From a virus (taxonomy: Duplodnaviria > Caudoviricetes), in the IMG/VR virus record IMGVR_UViG_3300033498_000048, positions 160,001 to 224,000 of that record: a stretch of DNA of 64,000 nucleotides; one strand, 5' to 3'. The translations under genes were made by a program, and so were the position numbers. Numbering within the stretch: the stretch's first letter is position 1; every line of letters begins with the position of its first letter. Below the pieces are notes generated by a model. That model saw only the letters and a list, made by a program, of their open reading frames with translations. It had not been told where the DNA came from and made no database searches. Shown here one piece after another: positions 1 to 8,298 of the stretch.

Positions 1-247
1 CAGTGATTGTTTTTCCCTTTCTGGACATTTCAACTAATGTTCCCATTGGAAGGGTTTTATGGGCTGCTGTCATAGCATTTTGATTAAAACGTTCACAAGT
101 TCTTCCGTGCTTAGTTTTAATCTGATGTGCTGTACATCTACCATGAAACCCTGGACCATACCAACTTACCAATGCTGAGTCTGCGTTTGCATAAAAACTA
201 GCTAGAGCTAGGGTAATTAATGTGGTATTCTTTAGACATTTTAACAC
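1..247 (-). CDS. RlpA-like lytic transglycosylase (DPBB fold), 3' end runs off the window
   Basis: Not in the ORF track. Manual translation gives a signal-peptide-like N-terminus, then VSWYGPGFHGR...ERFNQNAMTAAHKTLPMGT, the RlpA signature. The GTG start at 247 is tentative. Confidence 0.8.
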   Translation of the reverse strand, partial: MLKCLKNTTLITLALASFYANADSALVSWYGPGFHGRCTAHQIKTKHGRTCERFNQNAMTAAHKTLPMGTLVEMSRKGKTIT

Positions 248-887
248 ACTTTTCGATTCTTTTGTCATCTATTTTTCTCTTAAAGACTTGTGGAAGTCCA
301 CCTCTAACCGAAATTAATACGACTAATTGTGTACATGATATTCCAGTTACTTCGTAAAGCATCATAGCATAAAAGCAACATTGTAAAAAATACGACTCAA
401 TATCTTCAGCCTTTTTTTCACGTCTAGCACTTTTAAAATCAATAATACTCAAGACCCCTTGATAATAGCCAATACAATCTGTACGTCCAGCAATCTTTAG
501 GACATCAGAATATAGTGGCAATTCAAGTGAGATAGCTTCCACTTTTTTCATATAAATCAAAAGATTTCTATACAATTCAATTGCAATGTCATTAGTGGAA
601 ATTAAATGGAAGTCTCCATTTAAATGATGTTCCAATAACTTGTGCATATTTGACCCTAGTTCCGTAGACTCTTTTGTAATTCTATCAGCTTCGGAACTAC
701 CAACTTTTTTTCTCCAATCATCTAACCAAGTTTTATCGGTCATTTTGGACAAGATAGTAGTAACAGATGGATATTTGTTTCCATCTGGGGTAGTATAAAG
801 TCTTTCTCCAATTAAGTTAGTACAATCAGAAAATCTTGCAGCATACGCTTTTGAATAAGATAATATTGTTTCTTTAGTGTTCTTCAT
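198..887 (-). CDS. PD-(D/E)XK exonuclease (T4-like phage exonuclease, Cas4-like fold)
   Basis: RLYTTPDGNKYPSVTTILS, GSNMH, IAGRTDCI, IIDFKSA and YFLQCCFYA motifs. Confidence 0.8.
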   Translation of the reverse strand: MKNTKETILSYSKAYAARFSDCTNLIGERLYTTPDGNKYPSVTTILSKMTDKTWLDDWRKKVGSSEADRITKESTELGSNMHKLLEHHLNGDFHLISTNDIAIELYRNLLIYMKKVEAISLELPLYSDVLKIAGRTDCIGYYQGVLSIIDFKSARREKKAEDIESYFLQCCFYAMMLYEVTGISCTQLVVLISVRGGLPQVFKRKIDDKRIEKCVKMSKEYHINYPSSS

Positions 888-1019
888 CTGATTTAACTTT
901 TACTGTGATATTTTATGTGGACTTCACATAAACCCAATATATTATTTACGTCACAACTTCTTCATAAATCACCTCCATTTGCATAATTTACTACAATCTG
1001 GTTTCGATGTCAACAACTT

Positions 1020-1274
1020 TTAATAAGTTGTAAAATCAGACCCTGGATTTGACCTTGATAACTTGTTAATAAAGGTTTGCCAATCTCCGTGTGGTTTTAT
1101 GTGTCCTAATCTAATAGGGTCTCCCATTCTATTTCCTTTAGTGTGTATTTGTTTAACTAATGTAATCTCACACATTGGACATGGTTCGGATTCAGGCATT
1201 TTATAATCAACCATCTTTAGTGTGCGTTCAAAGATATATTCACAATTCCCGCATTGATACTCATATAGTGGCAT
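1020..1274 (-). CDS. FmdB-family zinc-ribbon protein
   Basis: MPLYEYQCGNC...CPMC N-terminus. Confidence 0.75.
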   Translation of the reverse strand: MPLYEYQCGNCEYIFERTLKMVDYKMPESEPCPMCEITLVKQIHTKGNRMGDPIRLGHIKPHGDWQTFINKLSRSNPGSDFTTY

Positions 1275-1451
1275 TTATTGTCCTTGTATTAATTGCATTT
1301 ATCTATCGCCTTTCTCTATTTGTGGCTATTTCTGATATTTGTGCTTCCAGTAACTTTATGGTGTATTGTAATTGTACATTGTCTGGAATCTGTAATATCA
1401 AATCATTTAACTTATTAACGTGATATTGCATATCTTTAATCTTATCTGTTG

Positions 1452-1667
1452 TCATTCTAATTCTAGTGTCAAGCTATCACATTTAATGGTTTTAAACTTT
1501 CCAGTCAATAGACTTAAAACCACTACACAGAAATATCCATTCGGATTCATGGCTGGTTCAGATGTAATTAAATACCTAGTTTCATCATTATCAATTTTAC
1601 AAACTTTCTTTATTAACATTAACATTCTCCAATTTAGTTGCAATGTCATAATATTTATACGCAACAT
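1452..1667 (-). CDS. hypothetical protein
   Basis: ORF co-directional with neighbours; start uncertain. Confidence 0.35.
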   Translation of the reverse strand: MLRINIMTLQLNWRMLMLIKKVCKIDNDETRYLITSEPAMNPNGYFCVVVLSLLTGKFKTIKCDSLTLELE

Positions 1668-1797
1668 CTTCTTTCAATAACATTGATTGTATGTTAGATA
1701 ATTCAATCAATTCTTTACGAGTTTCTTCCAATTTAATATTCAATTGTGTTTGAATATTGTCAATTTCACTATATAACGATTTAATGTGTAATACCAT
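1597..1797 (-). CDS. hypothetical coiled-coil protein
   Basis: ORF with heptad-like composition. Confidence 0.4.
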   Translation of the reverse strand: MVLHIKSLYSEIDNIQTQLNIKLEETRKELIELSNIQSMLLKEDVAYKYYDIATKLENVNVNKESL

Positions 1798-1877
1798 TAA
1801 TCTTTCGTAGTCCGAATAGTTCCTATGTTTTAACGTCTTTATTGCTTGTTCTTTGTTGTTAATTTTCTTAGCTCCAA

Positions 1878-2653
1878 AATATCAACAGGTTAGCACTTGC
1901 AAACTGGTATTAGTTATATAACTGTTCCAAGTGCTAACTCATTGATTATGTTTAAAAATATAAAACCACCACTAATACCAGTTTGCAAGTGCTAACCTGT
2001 TGATATTGGATGACCATTCTTGTTCAATTATTAAGAATCAATAACATAGCACTTGGAACAGTTTACTAATTAACCAACACCTGTAAGTGCTAACTCATTG
2101 ATTCTTAAACATTCAGTCTAATTAGCACTCGTGGAACTGGTCTTAGTTGTATAATCGTTGCAAGTGCTAACTCATTGATATTATTAGGACACAATCATTC
2201 CGAATTAAATCAATAGGTTAGCATTTACAGATTGGTCTTAGTTATATAACCGTTGATATTTGATTACCATTCTTGTCAATTATGAAGAATCAATGAGTTA
2301 GCACTTGCAACGTGTTAGTAATTACCTAACCGTTATAAATGCTAACTAACTGTTTATTAAGCATTTTCACCATAACCTAACTAAATCAATGAGTTAGCAT
2401 TTATATGGGTGTCTTAATTATATAACGGTTGCAAGTGCTAACCTATTGATTCTTAATACCAACATAAAACTCCAGTATGGACTGATATTAACCATTACTA
2501 ATTCGTTAATATTACCAACGCTTCTAGTCAATTATTTTGAATCAATGACTTAGCACTTGGAACGGTTATATAATTAACTAACTGCTCCAAGTGCTAACTT
2601 ATTGATTTAATTGAGTTTGTGTGATTGTATATGAATCAATGAGTTAGCACTTG
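1878..2653. repeat. Cluster 1 of 66-bp palindromic elements (about 6 full units plus 3 partial)
   Basis: ATCAAT(G/A)(A/G)GTTAGCA(C/T)TT(G/A)-N28-(C/T)AAGTGCTAAC(T/C)(C/T)ATTGAT at 1881-1946, 2037-2102, about 2122-2179, 2289-2354, 2385-2450 and 2541-2606. Partial units at 1971-2007, 2209-2255 and 2635-2653. Confidence 0.95.
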
Positions 2654-2709
2654 GAACAACTAACCAATGAACGACTAAATACCACATACCACATAATTGG
2701 ATAACTTGG

Positions 2710-3189
2710 ATGATAATAAATTTTGATACTGTCACGTTGATATTTATATTCATATTAATTGAATATATCATATACAATTGTATTAAGAGTAAGAATGATA
2801 CAATTCCAGACTGGGATAGAAAGTGTATATGGAAAACAAAAGTAAAAAAATTGGTTAAGGTTGTTGATGGTGATACATTTACAGCATTCGTGGATGGACA
2901 TCATCCAATTGACAATAAACCAATTGGAATTAGAATCAGGGGAATAGATACTCCTGAAATGAAATCGACAGACGAACACACTAAAAGACTAGCAATAGAG
3001 GCTAAAGAAGTTGCTATGGGTGTATTAACTAAGTCCAGAAAGATTGTGCTATATAACGTAAGCTTAAATGACAAATATGGAAGGATGTTAGCGACTGTGT
3101 TTTGTGATGGAATAGATTTAGCCAAACTTCTTCTTAATAGAGGACTGGCTAAACCTTATTTTGGAGGAACTAAAGAGGATTGGGATTAA
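2710..3189 (+). CDS. thermonuclease (SNase family) with N-terminal membrane anchor
   Basis: KVVDGDTF, IRIRGIDTPE and DKYGRMLATV motifs. Confidence 0.9.
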   Translation: MIINFDTVTLIFIFILIEYIIYNCIKSKNDTIPDWDRKCIWKTKVKKLVKVVDGDTFTAFVDGHHPIDNKPIGIRIRGIDTPEMKSTDEHTKRLAIEAKEVAMGVLTKSRKIVLYNVSLNDKYGRMLATVFCDGIDLAKLLLNRGLAKPYFGGTKEDWD

Positions 3190-4589
3190 TTTAGTGCAGC
3201 AAATTTGTTTTTCGGTTGCTGTGGAGTTGGTTGTTTACTATAATTGTGATTAGACACATTTTTTTGTTCTGAATCCATAACGTTATAGATTCGCTGGAGC
3301 ATTAAATCTAAACCTAATAGGAATTTTGAATTGGTGTTTTTATCACCATATCTGTTTTTTAACTGTTTTCCATGAATTTGATTTAATGCCACCAATTCTT
3401 CTGTTTGTGCTAGTGCTATGGCAAAATCCATAGTTGCTGCTACTGCAAGCGATTCGGATATATCAGACATTTCAGCATCCGTAGAACTTTGTGCAGCCCT
3501 ATTCAATTGGAATGCAGACCAACCCACAACATCTAACTCAATGAATAGTCCACGAACTTCTTCCGCAACTGCTTTTAAGTAAAAATAACTAGATGTGTTA
3601 GCTGCCTTTAATCTATAGCTTCCAACTAATCCAAGATAATCAACTAAAATTACTTTTGGGACAAAATTTTGTTTTAATTTTAAATCATTTAATAGTGATT
3701 TAAAGTGCATTACATTTGCAGACCCTGGAGGATATTGTTTTACTTTTATGCGTCCAAAACTAGATTCTTTTATCCTATCAATTTTGGACATATATCTAGT
3801 TCGACCATATTCAGCAAATGAATTTATTGGAATACCCAATACATTAGCATCTATCCGTTTCAATATTTGTTCTTCACTCATTTCCAATGATATGTATAAA
3901 ACATCGTAACCGAGTTTAGCATACATTCCAGCTAAGTAACATAAACTCAATGTTTTACCAACATTTATTCCACTTAATACTATGTTTAATGTTTTACTTT
4001 CAACTCCACCATTTGTAATTGTATTCAAAATGTTTATATCAAATGGGTGTTTGGACAATGGTTGTGTATAATAATCCCAACGTGCATTGGCATCATCTAA
4101 GAAATCCATTCCAACCTTAGTATCAAAACTAATTGATACTGCGTCACGAAGCATATCTGGAATCATAGTTGGTGGAGTTGTTTTATCATCTCCATCGTAT
4201 ATATTAATAGACTTCATAATAGCATTGTAAACGGCTTTATCTTGACAAAACTTTTCAGCTTGTTTTGCCAACCACGCAAAATCGCTAGGGGTTTCAATCT
4301 TGTGAACTTCCCTTACGATGTTTTGAGCTTGAGTCAATTCAATGTCATTTAACTTTGTATTCCGTAAATCAATTAACAAAGTTGTGGCATTTGGTTTTGT
4401 TTGATATTTGGAAATATAGCCAGCAATTGTTTCAAAAACTATTCTTTCCAATTTATCGTGGAAATACTCTGGTTTAATAAACGGTAATGCTTGTCCAATA
4501 AATTCAGTGTTTGTTATCAAACTTCCCAATATCAATTTTTCTGTTGATATATCCATACATAATCCTATTATAATTATTAAATAAAACAC
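3186..4589 (-). CDS. gp41: T4-like replicative DNA helicase (DnaB family)
   Basis: SGINVGKT Walker A, YISLEMSE, RIKVKQYP, ILVDYLG, QLKNRYGD. Likely start at MDISTEK. Confidence 0.95.
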   Translation of the reverse strand: MFYLIIIIGLCMDISTEKLILGSLITNTEFIGQALPFIKPEYFHDKLERIVFETIAGYISKYQTKPNATTLLIDLRNTKLNDIELTQAQNIVREVHKIETPSDFAWLAKQAEKFCQDKAVYNAIMKSINIYDGDDKTTPPTMIPDMLRDAVSISFDTKVGMDFLDDANARWDYYTQPLSKHPFDINILNTITNGGVESKTLNIVLSGINVGKTLSLCYLAGMYAKLGYDVLYISLEMSEEQILKRIDANVLGIPINSFAEYGRTRYMSKIDRIKESSFGRIKVKQYPPGSANVMHFKSLLNDLKLKQNFVPKVILVDYLGLVGSYRLKAANTSSYFYLKAVAEEVRGLFIELDVVGWSAFQLNRAAQSSTDAEMSDISESLAVAATMDFAIALAQTEELVALNQIHGKQLKNRYGDKNTNSKFLLGLDLMLQRIYNVMDSEQKNVSNHNYSKQPTPQQPKNKFAALN

Positions 4590-4626
4590 AATTGGATATT
4601 TAACTTATTCCAATTGTGCATATACA

Positions 4627-6108
4627 TCAATCTATTTCATCTTCAATAACATCAATTGGAACAATACTACTTCCAAATAAATTCGCAGTTGATAATTTAA
4701 AATTGTCAATTACCCATTTTTTAAATGTTGGATTGTCTAATATCGGTGTCCAAAATTCAGAACAATCCGTTTCTTTTAATCTCCATTTTTTAGCTTCAAT
4801 TTCACCTGTATCAAATACTCTTGAATACCAACCTTGGACTGGTTTAATAACAAGCCCTGATTGTAACCCTAACTCAATCAATCCAGTGTAAGTCGATAAT
4901 CCACCATCAAATTTAACTGTAATCGGAATCTTTGATTTCTCTATAACTACTCTTGATTTCTCAACATTTACCACAAAATTATGTCCAATTAATTCTGTTC
5001 CATCTTTTTCTTGTTGTCTACCGATAATGAAAATTGTATCTGCGGAATAATATGGACCCGTATTATGCGTTACAACTCCATTTTCCAAAATATAATGTTC
5101 AGCTTCATAGACTGAAATATCATAAACTGGCAATTTACCAACTATATTAATTGATTTGACAATCCTTCCACTTGTTTTACCAATATACCCATTTGTTGTA
5201 ACTGGAGTATCAATTTTTAAATTTTTTGCCTCTGTCCAACCATCAATTGTTAAAAATGAATGATTGTTTGAACAAGTGACACTATATCCATCATCAAATT
5301 GAATCTCATAACATTCTGGAATGCCAATATGTAACGTATCAGGATTCCATATTGAAGTAACAACTTTATCACCAATCGCAGTTCTAACCTGTTCACCAAC
5401 TTTAATGTTTTGTATTTCTTTAAGAGTGTTGTCCGACATTTGAAGCTTTGTTCCCGACACTAAACAACCTCCACTAACAACTGCTTTTGAATAGATTTCC
5501 TGTGTTTGATAGATGTGTGCCACGATAACACATGGAATGTTCTTTATTTTCATATATGGAGTAATAATTCTAAAAAATGATTTAATCTGTTTAGCTCTGC
5601 TCATATCAGCAACAGATTTTTCATCTTTAGCATCATCAACTTCTTTTTTGGATGCTATATTTCCGATTGAGTCCACAACAAAGATTACTTTATCACCCCG
5701 TTCAATTCCTTCTAATTGGTTTACCATATCGAACTTCAATTCTTCCAAATTCAGGATTGGAATGTGCATTACTCTTCCCATATCAATTTCCAATGAATTG
5801 AAATAGTCTTTAGAAGTACCAAACTCACAATTGTAAAACATTAATACAGACTCAGGATATTTGTCCATGTATTTTTTAGCCATTATCAGGGAAAACATTG
5901 TTTTAAATGATTTCGATGCACCTGCTAATATTGTGATTCCAGGTGAAAAGCCACCATCGACATCTCCCGATAACAAAATATCGAGAGATGGAATCCCAGT
6001 GTGTACGACTTCAGTTTGATTAAAAAACTTAGAGTCCTTTAATATTTCCGTTGCTTTAATTGTTGAATTGCTTTTCAATCTGTCCATCAAGCTTGTTTTT
6101 GTAGCCAT
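4627..6108 (-). CDS. uvsX: UvsX RecA-like recombinase containing a cis mini-intein
   Basis: GASKSFKT Walker A, VVDSIGN, DMSRAK, TGPYYSADTIFIIGRQQEKDG. Confidence 0.95.
   Translation of the reverse strand: MATKTSLMDRLKSNSTIKATEILKDSKFFNQTEVVHTGIPSLDILLSGDVDGGFSPGITILAGASKSFKTMFSLIMAKKYMDKYPESVLMFYNCEFGTSKDYFNSLEIDMGRVMHIPILNLEELKFDMVNQLEGIERGDKVIFVVDSIGNIASKKEVDDAKDEKSVADMSRAKQIKSFFRIITPYMKIKNIPCVIVAHIYQTQEIYSKAVVSGGCLVSGTKLQMSDNTLKEIQNIKVGEQVRTAIGDKVVTSIWNPDTLHIGIPECYEIQFDDGYSVTCSNNHSFLTIDGWTEAKNLKIDTPVTTNGYIGKTSGRIVKSINIVGKLPVYDISVYEAEHYILENGVVTHNTGPYYSADTIFIIGRQQEKDGTELIGHNFVVNVEKSRVVIEKSKIPITVKFDGGLSTYTGLIELGLQSGLVIKPVQGWYSRVFDTGEIEAKKWRLKETDCSEFWTPILDNPTFKKWVIDNFKLSTANLFGSSIVPIDVIEDEID
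5062..5466 (-). mobile_element. mini-intein (135 aa, no endonuclease) in UvsX
   Basis: VVSGG|CLVSGT...TCSNNHSFLT...VYDISV...ENGVVTHN|TGPY. Removal restores SGGTGPYYSAD. Confidence 0.95.
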
Positions 6109-6140
6109 TATTTGTTCCTATAATCCATATCACACAACAA

Positions 6141-7205
6141 TCATATATTGGTTTTAAATTTAATTAATGAGCTTACTGGACGTAAACTACTAACTTCTTT
6201 TTTCTTGGTCTTAGGTTTAATTATATGTTGAGGTTCAACAACTGTCAATTCAGTAGTTTGTTTACGGAATTGATTTAAGTTATTAACTTTAACTGGACTC
6301 CAATTAACTAAATTTGTAAAACTTTCCAATGGTTTTAAGAATGTTTTATTGAATTGGGTTTCTTTATCAACATATTTGTCTAATCCAAATTCCTCTAACA
6401 ATTCATCTGTAAATGCTATTGCATTATTTAATGTTGGATTTTGTTTGATTAAATATAAATATCTAACTTTCATTCCATTGGTAATTAATTGATATTCTTT
6501 ATCTAGTCCATATTTAAATAACTGATTATTGTAGGTTAGGCTAGCTTTGACTTGGACTGGAGTTCCAGACTTCCACGAAAATTTGTTTCCATGTAAACCA
6601 ACATCACTCCAACCACCAATGTCATTTACTCCAGTTGGCTTTGCTATATCATACAAATCAAGCTTAGGGTACGCAGCTTTAAATGATTTAACACGTTGCT
6701 GTAGGTCAGCCTCAGTTCCGTTTAATATTAGCTTAAAACAGGCTTCCAGTTCATTTTTGACTATATTTGGAGTGCTTGTTCGAGCTGTTTCAACACCAAC
6801 TGACTTTAATTTTGGTTCCGCATAACGGACATTTTCATTGTCCCAAACTTGTAAAATGTAGTTCTTTTTCGCTCTCCAAATACCCCTATCACAAATCACT
6901 TCACGTTTCATCTTTAGTGTATTATCAATTGCGTTTAAATAATTTGATAATATCGCAAATTTTTCATCTATAAATGGAGTAACCACTTCATCCGAAAATT
7001 TACTTAAATAGTCCACAATAGTATTAGTTGGAGTGTTTTGTGGAACAACTCTTTCTATTAAATTATTTAATTCTAAATACGAGGAATTATGTAGTAATAC
7101 CCCATTACCAAAAAAGTTGTGACAATCAGCAACTTCAATATCATATACCCATTCTTCTTGTATTCCCAATGATTCGATTGTAAAATTATTTGTTTCTACA
7201 AGCAT
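6141..7205 (-). CDS. gp43: DNA polymerase gp43 C-terminal piece, preceded by a 40-aa C-intein
   Basis: After HN|S come family-B polymerase motifs MKREVI, KKNYIL, KSVGVETARTSTP. Confidence 0.95.
   Translation of the reverse strand: MLVETNNFTIESLGIQEEWVYDIEVADCHNFFGNGVLLHNSSYLELNNLIERVVPQNTPTNTIVDYLSKFSDEVVTPFIDEKFAILSNYLNAIDNTLKMKREVICDRGIWRAKKNYILQVWDNENVRYAEPKLKSVGVETARTSTPNIVKNELEACFKLILNGTEADLQQRVKSFKAAYPKLDLYDIAKPTGVNDIGGWSDVGLHGNKFSWKSGTPVQVKASLTYNNQLFKYGLDKEYQLITNGMKVRYLYLIKQNPTLNNAIAFTDELLEEFGLDKYVDKETQFNKTFLKPLESFTNLVNWSPVKVNNLNQFRKQTTELTVVEPQHIIKPKTKKKEVSSLRPVSSLIKFKTNI
7086..7205 (-). mobile_element. split intein C-fragment (40 aa) of gp43
   Basis: MLVETNNFTIESLGIQEEWVYDIEVADCHNFFGNGVLLHN|S: intein blocks F and G. 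Confidence 0.95.
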
Positions 7206-8241
7206 TAATATTCTCCTGTATTCTTTTTATTTCGGTTTCAAAAAAATTGATATAATCTGTTTCCCATATTATATCTACATAATATCCCAGTGAGCGTAAA
7301 TGGTTATTTTTTATGATGTCATTATCCCATATTTGTTTTGAATTAAGGCTTTTGTTATATGGGTTTGGAGTATCACTCTCGATAAACATTTTTGGATTGG
7401 CGTGAAATACATCACCATTAAACTCTAAACAATATTTAATATCAGTAATTACAAAATCATACTTAAAATATTTAAATTGCTTAGACTCTGAAACCATAGT
7501 AGAACCAAATTCATTTTTATGTTCAGCAAAATAACAATGTTCCCTTTCGACTTCTGTTAAAATATTATCGTAAATGTTCCAACATAAATTTTGGGACATT
7601 TTAGATGCGAATGTGTGTACAGAAGAAATGTAACGGTCATATCTAATCATACCATCAAGTTCACCATACCTATTAATAAAGTTTTGAATTGTGTTAGCCT
7701 TTTTGCTACAAACATCGTTATATTTTTTAACACCATCAGTATTACCGTATTTTTCAATATAATATGGTAATACCTTTCCATTATATTTTTGTTTATCGCA
7801 ATAACTTTTCCATTTTTTATGACCTACGGTTTCACCATATCTTAAAATCATATTATCTAATGTAACAGCTCTCGATTTGTTAAACTTTAAAAAATCAAGT
7901 TCGGTCATTCCAAATTTTTCTTTTTTATATTCAAATGAATTGGTATTTGCTTGCTTATCACAATATGACTTCCACTTTTTACTACCTAATTGATTACCAT
8001 ATCTTAATATCATATTGTCCAACGTTTGGCTTTTTTTAGTTCTTAATAACAAACATCTATCTAATAAGTCATCATGTAATATATTACCATCCATAAATCC
8101 AACAATATACCCACAAATTGATTGTATGGACCAGGTATTATCTAAAAAATGTTTCTTTATTCTTAAATACTCTGATAAGTAATATTCTTTATTAACATTA
8201 CCATCTAACTTCAATTTAAAATCTTTAAAATTAACTACCAT
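7186..8241 (-). CDS. free-standing homing endonuclease (Vsr-like/DUF559-type C-terminal nuclease) between the gp43 halves
   Basis: Repeated (L/E/N)(R/K)YG units, then YDFVI...CLEFNGDVFHANP...LRSLGYYVDIIWETD. It lies between IntN and IntC. Confidence 0.8.
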   Translation of the reverse strand: MVVNFKDFKLKLDGNVNKEYYLSEYLRIKKHFLDNTWSIQSICGYIVGFMDGNILHDDLLDRCLLLRTKKSQTLDNMILRYGNQLGSKKWKSYCDKQANTNSFEYKKEKFGMTELDFLKFNKSRAVTLDNMILRYGETVGHKKWKSYCDKQKYNGKVLPYYIEKYGNTDGVKKYNDVCSKKANTIQNFINRYGELDGMIRYDRYISSVHTFASKMSQNLCWNIYDNILTEVEREHCYFAEHKNEFGSTMVSESKQFKYFKYDFVITDIKYCLEFNGDVFHANPKMFIESDTPNPYNKSLNSKQIWDNDIIKNNHLRSLGYYVDIIWETDYINFFETEIKRIQENINACRNK

Positions 8242-8297
8242 GTCACTGCCTCGTGTCTGTATAAAAATATATTTATGTAGACCTGAGGCAGTGACAT
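8240..8297 (-). promoter_or_regulatory. RBS-sequestering hairpin with an internal late-promoter-like motif upstream of the endonuclease
   Basis: 13-bp perfect stem ATGTCACTGCCTC/GAGGCAGTGACAT contains the GAGG SD and reaches the ATG. CATAAATA (minus strand) lies at 8270-8277 inside the loop region. Confidence 0.75.
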
Positions 8298-8298
8298 A

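Noticed and set aside
198-887. Cas4 as part of a CRISPR adaptation module
   Set aside because: It lacks the Cas4 Fe-S cysteine cluster, matches the common T4-like exonuclease pattern, and no cas1/cas2 is present.
951-965. Four-codon ORF MKKL* behind a perfect GGAGGTGA SD (minus strand)
   Set aside because: It could be a regulatory uORF or a decayed gene, but it is too short to support either.
2122-2170. CIRCE/HrcA operator (TTAGCACTC...AGTGCTAA resemblance)
   Set aside because: The half-sites are similar, but spacing is about 30 nt rather than 9, and there are no chaperone genes nearby.
1878-2653. CRISPR or TIGR-like guide array interpretation of the 66-bp repeats
   Set aside because: Units are inverted-arm palindromes in mixed orientation with irregular linkers. 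Cores are similar to each other across loci rather than unique, and no cas or Nop-domain gene is evident.
3186-4589. Intein in gp41 helicase (a common site in related phages)
   Set aside because: Normal length and no intein motifs.
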